A stretch of DNA of 64,000 nucleotides, taken from positions 2,530,927-2,594,926 of the forward strand of contig MU053513.1 of assembly GCA_013239625.1 (NCBI GenBank). Reading direction: 5' to 3'. The notes below the pieces were generated by a model, which was given only the letters and a program-made list of their open reading frames with translations, was not told the DNA's origin and did not search any database. This DNA is from Lama guanicoe. Its lineage: Eukaryota. Made by a program: the position numbers and the translations under genes. Below are positions 12,821 to 24,644 of the stretch, piece after piece. The first letter of the stretch is position 1, and every line of letters begins with the position of its first letter.

Positions 12821-12841
12821 TCCAGCACCTAGGACAGTGCA
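12821..12841 (+). promoter_or_regulatory. REST/NRSF RE1 (NRSE)-like motif within the L2 terminus
   Basis: TCCAGCACCTAGGACAGTGCA matches TTCAGCACCACGGACAGCGCC at 16/21. Both cores (CAGCACC, GGACAG) are intact with the canonical 2-bp spacer. Confidence 0.5.
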
Positions 12842-12914
12842 GGGCACATGGTTTAACGGTGCTCAGCAAGTGTTTGCTATTGAAAAAACCTGCAGAACAA
12901 GGGCAGCAACATCT

Positions 12915-13090
12915 AGCCTAAGGAGCTGTATTAAGGCAAAATGAGATAACGCACGTAAAAATACAAATTCAAGGTGCAGTTGGATGGGCCCAGAGAGGTC
13001 TAGTGACCTGTCCAAGGTCCTAAAGCCAAGTGTGGGAAGAGGCAGAAGTGGAGACCAGAATTCCTGATTGCCACTCCAGGGTTCTATGAG
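12915..13090. mobile_element. MIR fragments
   Basis: 'aaatgagataacgcacgtaaaa' and 'gggcccagagaggtctagtgacctgtccaaggtcc'. Confidence 0.6.
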
Positions 13091-14295
13091 AAATGATGCT
13101 CCAATGAATGACTGTGTTGTGGTCTCAGAGAGGCAGACCTTGCTGGGAGTGATGGAGCTCACCGCTAACGGCCTTCTGTCAGGACAAAACTGTCTCAGTG
13201 CAACGTGACCGCTTCCCAGGATCTCTCTGGCTGCACATAAACAGATTATCTCAACTCACAGTCTGGTGAGACTGCATTGCATACACAGTCCAGTGAAGCA
13301 ACAAACCAAATAAATGGAACATGCATGGCACTGTTACAAAAGGGAAAAAAGGAATGAGAGCCTGGGAGAAAGGCAGTTTTTCTTTGGCCACAGTGTCTGT
13401 CTGTAAATGGAGCCTAGATCTGTGCTGAATCTGGTCGTGACGATACCATGGAACGTGACAACAAGTTTGTGGTTGTAGCTTGAAACTTTAATTTATTCAT
13501 CCTGCACTTCACTTATTAAGCATGGCTTAGCTAGCATCTGCTCAGTTCAGTGTGCCTCAGAAAGTCTGTATGGAGGGCATGCCACGTGTACTGTGCTAGG
13601 GGCAGGGGCCAGGAATATTAGTAAGACATATACGACCTGTCTTCAAAGAGATGGTAGTGGGTGTAGACAGACACAGGACCTCAATCATTGTATCTCAAAG
13701 TACTTCACTATTGGTGTCCCTAAAAAATTACTTTTTGGGTCTGAATGTGGGGGCTTTGCTGCAGGTGGGTTTCTCCAGCAGTTCTGGTCATAGATTTCAT
13801 GTTAGATCTTCACTCCACCAGTGTTAACATCAGAGCAAATGCTGATTTCTGTATGAGGCATGTATGGGACTCAAATGTCGCTAATTAGAGACTCACTGAA
13901 GATTTCTAAGAGCACATGTGTTTCCTCCAGCTGTGTGTCCCTCAGTGGTGAGTCCATTCTCTTTCCCTGGACCTGAATTTCTCCAACTGCCAGAAGGAAA
14001 CAATTGCTCTTAGTTGAAAATTCAGCCCTAAAAAGAAGCTGGAGACTATGCAAATCTTCTGAGAAATCTGTTTCTCACCAAATTATTCATTCATTTTTAT
14101 AAATTCAAAAGCTGGGATATGTTTCAGAAAGAAAAAAAAAGAAATCTGATCAGATAAGCTTCCATGCTTTCTAGCTTTGGGCACTAATTCACTCCGAACC
14201 AATCCAGCTTTCCCCATCTAATATTTCCACACATCTTTAAAGGGTATAAAGAATAGACAGTTTCTTGATTTACTGGTCAGGTAATGATGGGGAAC

Positions 14296-14322
14296 GTGTG
14301 TGTGTGTGTGTGTGTGTGTGTG
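14296..14322. repeat. (GT)13 microsatellite
   Basis: Pure GT run seen directly. Confidence 0.97.
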
Positions 14323-14917
14323 GTGAGGGTTATGGGAAAGACAGTGTGAATAAGACCTACCTTGAATAAAAATAATGCATATCCAAAGTGGGTCTGGCAT
14401 TTGACACTGAGCAGGATGAATTTTCTGCACAGTATTTGATATAAATGGGAAAAGGGAGGGAGGGAAATGGTGCTGTGTCAGCATACGGGTTGCAAATGCA
14501 GTAAAAATGGTATCTGAAACGAAGAAGGGGAAATGGGAAACAGCTTAAAACACTCTGAGTAGAAAAAGAGAAGGCAGGGACAGTTGTTCAAGGGGACCAA
14601 AATAAATGTGAATCAGAAAAGGAAGGAAGGGGAGGGGGAAAGAAGGAGACAGAGCGAGGGGGCTGGAGGAGGAAGCGAGAGGGCACAGAAGCTAATTCTA
14701 GAAGGCCTTGGCCTGCTCACAAAGCACTGTGGGACTAGGACACTCGTGTCTTTTGGGAACCCTCCCCCCCTGCCTTTCCTCTTCAAGCTTTTTCTTCTGC
14801 GTCCACACCGTCATTTACCGTCACCCAGTTCCTTCTTGGATGCTTAGTTTTCCTGTCGAGAAAGAAAACTTTTAATTCACTCCAACTGAAGTGTTAGTGT
14901 GAATTTCTGTTTTACAG

Positions 14918-15020
14918 AGGACATGGTGAGATAAACTGCTAGTAGCAGAACCGTGGGATCCCCTGTGAGGCAAGTCTTGGGAGGGGGCTCTCCCTGGGGG
15001 ACTTCTGAAGCATCTCCCAG
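14918..15020 (+). other. Candidate non-coding (5'UTR or lncRNA) exon, 103 nt
   Basis: Acceptor 'tttctgttttacag|AG' (AG at 14916-14917) and donor 'CAG|gtaagc' (15021-15026) in repeat-free sequence. Confidence 0.45.
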
Positions 15021-15219
15021 GTAAGCGGCGGGGATCCCACACGCAGGGAAGTTCAGCAAACGACGGAAAACATCAAGGTTTCAAAGAGCTCGAGATCCTG
15101 AGAGAGAAGCTCTGAGAAGTAGGAATCAGTAGCAGAATAGTCATTCATGGAGGTACATTTCCAGGAAGTCAAGAGGCCGTCTTCAGCCAGCATTAAAATG
15201 ACCAGAGCAGGCAAGAGAA

Positions 15220-15600
15220 AAACACAAGTATTGATTACCCACTAGGTGCCATGTTGCCATCAGTTTTTAACTGGTTTGTCTCAATTCTAACAACGGCCCT
15301 ATGAGGTAGCTCCTATGACACCTCTTGTACAAGTGAGAAAATGAAGGCCTGGAAAGATTTAGAAATTTGCTTAAAGTAAAACTGACAACCAGTGGCTCCC
15401 AACAGTTATCACTTATTGGGAGCTTCCTGTGTGCCAGGCACTGGGTTAAGCACTTTGCAAATACTATCCAATTTAATCTTCATAAGGACCTTTTGAAACA
15501 AGTATTAATTCCCCCCAATTACAGGAGGAGGAAGGATCATACCACCCATAAGTGGCGAGGATTGAATTTAACCCGGGTCTGTCTGACTCTGGACCTCACA
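15220..15600 (-). mobile_element. Two MIR SINEs
   Basis: 'gtattgattacccactaggtgcca...' and 'cacttattgggagcttcctgtgtgccaggcactgggttaagcactttgc'. Confidence 0.7.
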
Positions 15601-15809
15601 TGCCGCTGTCATCGGGGACCCCACACTGATGTCTTCACCAAATGCTCCCTGGTGGGTGCCGTTCCCTTGCCGTCACTCATTCTCAGACCTGGCTCTTTAT
15701 AGTGTAAGGACCCCTCCTCTTCTGTCCTTCTTTAACTCTCTATCTGATGCTCCTACACCCTGACCTTGATCCCTCTCCTCCAAGAAAGAAAGACAAAGAC
15801 ATGCTTTGC

Positions 15810-15995
15810 TGTAGGTGCTGTTTCGTTCTTACTGAATCTTGAAAACAATTCTGCAACGTAGACGTTACTATCTCTGTTTTAAAGATGAGGAAACTGAGGC
15901 TTGGAGGGTTCAGCCAACTTGCCCAAGGTCACACAGTAAGAAAGTGATGGAGTTGGAATTTTCAATTAAATGCGGCCAGCTAGGAAGCCTGTGTC
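15810..15995 (-). mobile_element. MIR SINE
   Basis: Core 'gatgaggaaactgaggcttggagggttcagccaacttgcccaaggtcacacag'. Confidence 0.85.
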
Positions 15996-16994
15996 CTTCC
16001 ACTTCCCCGCGGGACCCCTTGAACGTGTTCTGGGGAGTAATCCTGTGCTCACAGTGGGACAGGGGATTAGAATTCTGAACAAAGTGCATTCTAATCATTT
16101 TACTGTCAGAGGGCCTCCACTTTACTTAGTACCAAACTCCAATTTTTCCCAGTGTGAAAGGAGGCCTTTGCAAAATAGAAAAAGTGCTTCCATTCCAGAG
16201 AGAGCCCTAGGAATAAAAAAAGAAGGAATCTGTGGAGGAAAGCAGCAGGGGAGACGGCTAATATCACTAGTTTCATTCTCACAAGGGAAAAAGAGGCATT
16301 TAGAAAAGATCTATTGTGTGAACTTGAAAACAAGAAGTAGGGTCAGAAGTGCCGTGGTGGCAGGTCCGTGGAGGAAGTAGCCACTAGAATAATAGCCTTG
16401 ATTGCAAGCCAGTGTTAATTAGGCTCGTGCGCCCCCCGAGCAGAGAAGATTGAGCTCTTGCCATCAGTGCCCACATGAAGGTTTTTGCAATATGAAAAAA
16501 TTACTTAATTTTCCTTTCACGTTGTCCTTCTGAATCCCCACATTAATAAAATCATTTTCAGTGGAAATATCAGCAGCAAGAAATAGACAATACTGAAGCA
16601 AGCATTTTTTTAATAAATGCCCCACAAGAAGCAGCTAGGAAATTAACACCTGATTGCCAGCACGTTTTACAGCTCTGCTCTTTACTGTGGCTTGAGATGA
16701 CTTTCCTTCCAGAGGATTTACAGGTTTCCACATGCATCATGCTGAGGTTAGCCAGGACCCAGTACAAGGCAAGTGGTTGACAAGAAATACAAAAGTAGGG
16801 GGAGCCTGTTCCGGAGAGGAGGAGGGGTAGGGCACTCGGGAAGAGAGACGGGGAGCGAGCCACTTCTCCTTGGTTACCCTCACCAGACCCTGCTTCCAGT
16901 TCACGATACTCAAAGTTATTTGTTTAGTGTCTGTCTGACCTGATAAACTGAAAAGCTCGGTGAAGCTGGGGGCATATCAGTCAATCTCTGAATA

Positions 16995-17370
16995 GGCATA
17001 GCGGAGGGGTTAGGAATCTGGCTCTGAGGGGAGGGTATAGCTCAGTGGTAGAGCATGTGCTTAGCATGCCCAAGGTCCTGGGTTTAATCCCCAGCACCTC
17101 CTTTAAAATAAATAAATAAATAAACCGAATTACTTCTTCCCTCAAAAAAAAACAGTCAAAAAAAAAAAACCATAAATAAAGGATTTTGGTTCTGGAGCTA
17201 GGATTACTGTGTCAACATCCCAGCTTCACTATTACCAGCTTTGTAACCTTGAGAAAGTTCAGTTTCCTGAGCCTCATAGCAAGGGTGATGGTAATACCTA
17301 CCTCACAGAGCTGTTAGGAAAACTGCATGATTTAATATTTATTGTAATAGTGCCTGGTACCTATATAAAC
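16995..17370 (+). mobile_element. MIR SINE split by the Vic-1 insertion
   Basis: 'gcatagcggaggggttaggaatctggctctg' continues after 17180 as 'gagctagg...tgtaaccttgagaaagttc...tacctacctcacagagctgtt'. Confidence 0.75.
17028..17179 (+). mobile_element. tRNA-derived camelid SINE (Vic-1 type)
   Basis: ggggagggtatagctcagtggtagagcatgtgcttagcatgcccaaggtcctgggtttaatccccagcacc. Pol III A box at 17038-17048, B box at 17081-17090, (AAAT)n/poly-A tail, degenerate TSD aggaatctggctctg / aggattttggttctg. Confidence 0.93.
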
Positions 17371-18579
17371 TGCTGCATCCCCACTACCTAGCTAGTATAT
17401 AGGATTGTCGTATATACATATATAAAGACTACACAGATAAATAAATTAAAAATTTTTTTCTTTTTCCTTTTGGGAGGAATTTTTTTTTCATAAGAGAATA
17501 AGAAGTCAAAATTTGCCAAATTACCTTCCTTTTGTTTCAAATGCTGAAGTAAAATCAAAATCAGGATAAATGCCCTAAGTGGTGCACTGCTATTTCTTGT
17601 TCATGTACCCACACTCCTAATGATCCTAATAATAACGTAACTTCTGTTTCATGATTGTTTACAAAGTAATTACGTCTGTGAAAAAGCAATTCGCATCCAC
17701 CCTTGAATATATTCCAGTTCTTAGTGAATATGTTTTAGCTTTGCCTCCAAATGTAATCAACATCGACCCACTGGGAATTTTGGAGAACAAAGAGCTTCCC
17801 TGTTTAGAACTTCCTTTGAAGCCAATCTATGATTCTTATTGTGAATTTTAATGTCTTTATCCTTTTTCTCTTTCCCCCTTTCCTTAAAGTTACATCCGAA
17901 AACACTTGTTAGGGAGGACGTAGCTTAACCATGGAATGCATAATTCTTCTCTGATGGTGTTCGTACAGAAGGCTGAGCTGAGGCCAGTGTTTACTCAGGC
18001 AACCGGTGCCGCCACTTAGCGATTCGATTACCGGAGGTGAGGCTGACGAATCTGGAACACCCTGGTATTTCTCTGCTCCTTTGGGGTGGGCTCTAGCAGC
18101 CCCCAGGGGCCTTCATCGGCTTTGATAGGCGCTTCTGTACTCAGTGGACATTCTTTTGAAGGTTTCTCTTCTCCTGCATTCAGCCATCCTGAGGAGATGA
18201 AACAGCCACTGGGGGCTGCGTGATGTCTGTAGTCTCTCCAGATTCTAAACAATGTGAACATTCCTAGTTCCCACCCAGCGGCACCAGTGTCACCTCCATT
18301 GTATGTATTCCGAGACTGTGACTTTTTGCTTTTTTGGAAGGGTGCTGTCAAATAGCCCATGACAGGGAAAACTTTGAAGAGGAAGGCCTAACAACAATGA
18401 AAAAATAGTTACGAAAAAGTCAGGACTAGCATACAGTGTGAGGGCCTGGACACAATCCCACGTCACTCAGGTCAGAGAACAGGCTTCGTTTCAGTATTTC
18501 AATTACTATCAATTTAGCGTTTAGTTCCTTTATTATTTATCTTAAATGACTGAAGTTAAACTTCAAGTGTGTCCTTTAT

Positions 18580-18900
18580 TAATTTTTTTAAATTAAACCT
18601 TTTGTTTTGAAATGATTGTAGACTCACATGTAGTTGTAAGAAATAATACAGAGACCCTGTGTATCCCATTTCCCCCAACAAGTGCCTTTTAAAACGGGAG
18701 CACAGTGTCATAACCACGATATGGACATTGATGCAGTCAAGACAGAGCCACCACAAGGGTCCCACCCTTTCCTGGCACAGCCACCCCCTCTTTTTCCACC
18801 CTCATTTATCTCTAACCTTTAGCAATCCCTGATCTGCTCTCCATTTCTAGAATCTTGTTACTTAAAGAACATTGCATAACTAGAATTACATCTTTCATTT
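18580..18900 (-). mobile_element. L1MC-like 3' end
   Basis: 'ttttgaaatgattgtagactcacatgtagttgtaagaaataatacagaga...ggacattgatgcagtc'. Confidence 0.75.
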
Positions 18901-18914
18901 TTGTCTTTTGGAGA

Positions 18915-19080
18915 AAGAATGCTGTGGCTAAAGATGGAGATGAAAGTTAAAAATTAAGGTCCTGTCCTGGTGCTGCCACTCACTAGTGCTGTGACCTTGG
19001 AAGTCATCTAATCTCAGCTGTAAAATGAGTTGGGTCTGATGATTTCGGAGGTCCCTTCCAATTCAAAATTGTTATAATTC
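18915..19080 (+). mobile_element. MIR (MIR3/MIRc-like)
   Basis: 'tgccactcactagtgctgtgaccttgg...ctgtaaaatgag...gaggtcccttcca'. Confidence 0.7.
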
Positions 19081-19542
19081 CTTGGCTTCAGTGCTATCAG
19101 GTCGGAATCGAAACAGTAGGAGGGCAGAGCTGAGGCTTTGGCAACAAGGAGGGTCACCCTCCAGGCTTCTCTCTGAGGATGTTTCCAGTAATGTTCTCAT
19201 CTTCCCTAGCAGAAGGTCATGATTGGATACTCTCCTGCCATGTACAATCTCCCTTATTTGCAGCTGTAGGAAGCAGTCGAATATTCAGGGATTTTTCTCT
19301 CTGCCTTTTCATTAAGTAGGGTTATAGAGGTTTCTTTGAAATGCACCTAAATAAGAAAAGCATACAATTCTTATTTGAAACTCCACCTCCTCTTACTCAT
19401 CCTGAATCCTATAGAAAGGACACTGGGGTGAGCATTCTACAGGGACACCTCCTTGTAATGAGGAGTCCTCAGGTTAACAATGGGAGGGCTAAAGTTAACG
19501 GGAGGGTAAGGCTGTTGCTCCAAATGCAAGTTCTCATGGTCT

Positions 19543-20484
19543 CAGGGCCATTGTCACAGTGTCTGGTCTATGTAGTCACACAGGGGCCCATGCCCAAAAG
19601 TAGTCTGTCTTCTGTCCTTGTCCTGAAGTTCTTAATTTTATCTTTTAACTTCCATTTTATAGGTAAAGTCCAAAGGGATAATGGAGTAGGTGTGTAAGCA
19701 AAGGTGATACAGGCAAAATGCACGTGCACTGCTGTTCTTTGTGATTGTCTTTGCACAGAACCTTTCCAATGCCCCATGAGCACACAATTCTGGTGGACAC
19801 ACAAGGTGGGAACTCACTGAGATGCGCAGGCAGTATAAGGAGCTGCGGTACATCTATGACTTAGTGCTGACAGCCCCAAGAGGCCACGCTTTCCATCCTA
19901 ACCAGAACTTGCTCTGCATGCAGAGAGAAGGCAGAGATGGCTAAGCGATATGAATGACCAAGGAAGCTCATCATTCCTTTCTCACTTGTGTTGCTTCCTT
20001 GAAACACATGTTGAAAATGATGAATAAAGAGAAGGTTCCTGTAATTCTTACTCGTTTGGGTCCTTTCTCGCTCATCAGTAGGTCAAAGGTGGAATGTGGC
20101 CGTGCCAAGAACTGACACAGAAGCAGCTGAGTTAGTGTTCCCACTATTCTGGAAAGGAGAAAATATGAGCTATGAAATATGAATTGTGTGATTTTGATGG
20201 TTCCGTATATCAGTTAAGTGCTCTGATATTTGCATTTAAAGCAGATATTGCACAATATAAACATAAACAATAAAATTCATCATGATAATTTCAAATTTTA
20301 ATTTCTTTTTTACTTAGAACATCATTAAATAAAAAAAGAACTCCGTGATGAGTCAAGGGAGAGACCACAGAAGAAAGGAAAAGCTTCATATTTTCGTACC
20401 TTTAATGACACTTTCCCCTGTCTTGCGTAAGGAGTCCTGCATTTTCCTTTTGCATTAGGCTCACAAATGGTGTAGCCAGCCCTA
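19543..20484 (+). mobile_element. MER45-family hAT-Tip100 non-autonomous DNA transposon (~940 bp)
   Basis: Ends cagggcc...gtagtcacacagggg and 'gcattttccttttgcattaggctcacaaatggtgtagccagcccta' match MER45 termini as recalled. Confidence 0.78.
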
Positions 20485-21169
20485 GGCGGTATGCTGGTCA
20501 GGAGATTCTGAGCACAGGCAAATAGGGAAAAGCCTGCTTAGATGCACTGGTTGAATACTTTAGTTTAGTAAAAGCAAAACCGACTTGGCCAACTTAGTCA
20601 AAAACATTTCTGTTTTCCTTTGTTTTGTTTGGAAAGAATGCAGGGTACTCACAAAACTGAAAAGGCAGCTGATAAAGCAAGTTCAGAACATGAAGAAATC
20701 AGTAGAATTCTGGGGATCTAGGCTGGGAACCGAAGACAATCTTACGGGTATTTCAGTTGCAGTGAATCTTTTCCGGCTGGTCGTCCCTGTCTGTGCAGCT
20801 CTGCTTGGCAGCCTCGGTCTGGAGGGGGAGCTGGACTGGTCCACCTTGTCTTGCCACGTGGCTAGAGGAGAGCAGAGCTCCCTGACTGACGGTACTCCAA
20901 GACTGCACATGATGGGGAAGAAGTCATTCCCCAGTGAGAAACTGGGGTGCTGTCCTGCAGGAGGGGAGAATGCAAGCTAAGTGCAAAATCAGCAAATGCC
21001 CAGAACATAAGAGTCATTCTGGAAAGGGTACTGAGTATCTGTACCACCAAAGTATTTGAAAGGTTATTTGTTCACACTGAAGTCCTGACTTTAAAAATTA
21101 TGTAGCTCCCACCGGTTCACGTATCTTTGTATAACAAACCTTGGAGAGATCATTTTTATTTATTTCTTC

Positions 21170-21310
21170 ATTTTTCATGCAAAATATATATATTGAGAGA
21201 CTAGTAAAATCTCTGTGTTAAATACTGGTGTTAAATATTGCTGGTGGAGTTATGTGAAAGACAGGCATGATCCCCACCTCCATGGAGCTTGTAACCTAGG
21301 AAGATTAGGA
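21170..21310 (-). mobile_element. L2 3' fragment
   Basis: 'aaagacaggcatgatccccacctccatggagcttgtaacctag'. Confidence 0.6.
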
Positions 21311-21589
21311 TGACAGCTAAAGGATTATTAGAGATTAGGGCATAGTAATGAACATTTATTTTACATTACACCAGCATCTGCAGATATGCACACAAAGGAC
21401 AACACAGCTGGGTCCTGATAATGATGTCCCAGTTCTTCCCTCCGAGAGCTGATGGAAGACTGACTACAGACAGTGTCTGCAAAAGCACAGTCTTATTCAT
21501 TTTTCAAACATCTCTGTTTCAGGCTCCATCTATCTGGGATGGGTAACTCTTCTTTCAGGTTCTGTGGATCCTTTTCTACATCCCACGTA

Positions 21590-21780
21590 GTGGTTGAGAG
21601 AATGGGCTCTTGAAACTCAACTGTCTGTATTGTTAGAGTAACGCAGAATGACTCCGCCACTCATAGCTTTGTAAGATTGAGCTTATCCTTATGACATAAT
21701 CTTCCTGTTCCCTTCCGTGAAACGGAAATAATCCCCATACCTAACTAGGTAGTTGCTTAATAAATGCTCAACGATTACTG
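21590..21780 (+). mobile_element. MIR SINE
   Basis: 'gtagtggttgagagaatgggctct...ccgccactcatagctttgt...gtgaaacggaaataat'. Confidence 0.6.
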
Positions 21781-21894
21781 ATACCACCACTGCCACTGTC
21801 CAAATCCACTTTGTGATGTTTCCTTTGTTGGTCACACTCACTAAGATCTAAGGAACTCTGACGCCTCCCCCTGTCTCTCCATTATCTAGATCTA

Positions 21895-22107
21895 CAGTGC
21901 TGTTCATCTTCTGCAGTGATGGAAACATTTTATATCTGCCCTGTTCAGAGCAGCCTGTAGTCACACTTGGCTCTTGATCTTTCGAAATGTGGCTAGTGGA
22001 AATGAATGTGACTGAGAAATTGAATTTTAATTTTATGTCAGCTTAATTAGATGCAATTTAAATTTAAGGTCACATGTGGCTAGTGACTACCATGTTGGAG
22101 AGAACAA
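21895..22107 (+). mobile_element. MER3 hAT-Charlie MITE
   Basis: 'cagtgctgtt...gatggaaacattttatatctgccctgt...gaaatgtggctagtg...cacatgtggctagtgactaccatgttgg'. Confidence 0.85.
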
Positions 22108-24644
22108 GTCTGGAAAAGAAGCCTTGATTGGATAAATGACAACACAGACTCTTCGAGGGACATGCGATGGGATTTCTCTGATAGGAACATAGCTGAACTG
22201 GAGGAGAGAAGAGGGTTATAAAGATGCCTTCTGCCTCTCTTCCTCTTGCTCCTCTTCCCCCGCCACCGCCCTCTCATTCCTCCTTCCGTCTCACATAGCA
22301 CTGGCCTTAGGGGATCCCTGGGTTGTCGATGTCATTACCATTGGAGGAGTCAAAGGTGGGCCTCCAGGGGAAGGCGGGAGGGAGGTCAGCCTTGAGCCTT
22401 GTCTTAGCCTGAAAGGTTAAAGCCTTCTTGCAGGTCTCACACATGCCCGCTCAGTTCACCAGGGTAAGACCTGAAAGACAAGTGAACAAAACCTAGCTAG
22501 GAGTTTGCATTTTCCTGAGGCTTCTGCTGGGTCTCTATCCATGAGAAGCTTTGTTGGGAGTCAGAACTCAGGGACTTCAGTTCTTTGCTATAAAACTTCG
22601 GGAAGAACCTTCAGCATCTGAGTTTCCCTATTTAGAGCCTTGCTTTTAGCTCCTTTAAGGTACAATCTTCAGAAATAATATTACCAAGTTTTCCTCCTCC
22701 AAAAGACTGCAAAACGCCAGCCACCTGGTTCTTGTTAAGATGATACCTGAAAATAATGGCCAGAAATGTGCTCTTTTGTCCTCAGCACTTCCTTGAAGGA
22801 GATTGATATGTTCTTTAGACTGTTGGAGGCATCCACTCTGCCTTGGAAAGAATGAGAATTGTTGCAGCACAAATGCAAAGAGGAGAAAGAGTCAAGTGGA
22901 GGTTTTTTTGGTTTTTAGAATCCACAGCAGAAATAAGGTTTAAAAGGTGAAACTTTTGAGTTAGAAGAGATTCATTAACAAAGGAAAGACTTTGAGAATC
23001 ACAAGGACAGCCCTTAACAGGACCTGGAGATTATGCCACAACATCCTACCGGAAAGGGAAACTAACAGATCGAGATGATCTTGCCTCCAGGGCCTTGAAA
23101 TGATGTAAATGCTAAACTTTTAGCATCTGTGACCTAATGGAAGTAGACAGTGGTATCGGGCATGGGCTTAGAGAAGGAGCAGGGGCAGGGACCCCACCTA
23201 AGGGAACCACAGGGAAGGAAAAGGAGTCAGCAAGAGAAGATTACTGAGCCGTGAAGCAATGAGGCTTTGTGGACGTCAGACCAATCCTGCAGACCACCCA
23301 CCAGCAAGCTGGGAGGCACTGTCCATCATCCAAGGTAAATCTTCATGTTGTCCCTGATGCCTGCTGGGGCCCTTGTAGTAATGGATACCTGTTGGCAGTG
23401 GGCTGTCCACCAGAAGAAGTGAGGCTTTGCTGAGCCCATTCTGAGCTGCTCCAAGTAGACATTCCTCCATTTTTCAACCCCTTTGGGACACTCATAAGCC
23501 CCTTAATTAAATGATGGCAGTGTTTGATGCTGATAGGCATGTTGGCAGTGTGTAAAGGAATGCAGGTGGGTCGCACTGTAGAGAAACCCACCCTAGCCAT
23601 GGAGGGGATATTTCAGTCTTGCACTGCTCAGAGCCAGCAGTCTGTCTTTATAACCTGGATGCTTTAGGCCCTCTTTCTATGTTTTGTCTTCCCAGTTATG
23701 TTACATGGTAGGAGATCTTGTTTTGCACTTTTCTGGTGGAAAATCAGCTTTCTGATTTTTTTCCCTTTGGGGCAGAAACAGGGGCTCCATGTATTAGTAT
23801 TAGGCATTCACCTCTGGTTGCAATAATCAAGAGGCTATTTCCGATTCGCAGTACCGATGCTGATTCTCTCGACAGCACATTCGATTCAATGTAATCAATT
23901 TCACCAAGCATGTACTGAGTGCCAACTCTAAATCAGGCACCACGCTGCTTACTGGTGGCACAGAGTTGAGTACGGCATGGTTTCTGGCGCTCGTCGTCTG
24001 GTTACAGCTGAGTTCTGTGGAACTCCTTAAAGGTGATGCTGCTCTTCTAATCGGCGCCTGTTGCCAGTGTGGGACAACTGGTGGAGATGGAAATGTTCCA
24101 GTACGTGAGTTTGGCTTTTTTTCCTTTTTGGGCCGCAGACTACTTACTGACTCATCTGAAAGTGACCCATGTGGCCCTTAAAGAGGTCAAAGAAGGTATC
24201 TGGTGGCTCTTGGTGACTCTACTTTCTCTTTTTGTCAGTTCTTGCCTTTGCCACTCAAGCTGCTCAGCCCTGGAAGCTTTTCCTGCGACTGCTGCCCCAG
24301 TGTCCCGCCTCCCTGGCTCCGTGATAGGCTCCCGTGTGCTCCCAAAGCCGAATTCTTATTGGCTCGGCTGTTTCCATTTAGCTCTTAGAGACAGCTGCTT
24401 GAGGGCGGCCGAGTGGAGGCTGTCCAGCTCCATTTGGCTTGTGATAATCATTTACAAGTTTTTGTTTCCTTTATTTGTTTCCCATTCTGGGTTGAAAAAA
24501 ACAGAAATTTGTCTGCTGAGTGGGATGGAAAGGTAGCAGGTGGGCGAGGCTGGGAGAATGGGGCTGGGTGCCTTACTCTGCCACCTGTTAGGCTGAGAAA
24601 TTCATTCCTTTCTCTTTTGTGCTTTGTCCCCACCATCTGCCAAG

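Larger units (their letters stand above)
8100..12880 (+). mobile_element. Long L2 broken into pieces (~8100-8700, 9340-9495, 11100-11520, 12790-12880) by later insertions
   Basis: Collinear L2 phrases ending in the L2 terminus 'agcacctaggacagtgcagggcacatgg...tgctcagcaagtgtttg'. Confidence 0.6.

Noticed and set aside
17028..17100. tRNA-like sequence (also at 7.4 and 55.3-55.5 kb)
   Set aside because: SINE heads with A-rich tails and TSDs, not tRNA genes.
24008..24110. Possible exon ending TAC|gtgagt
   Set aside because: The acceptor lacks a good pyrimidine tract and begins at an L2 edge; there is no other support.
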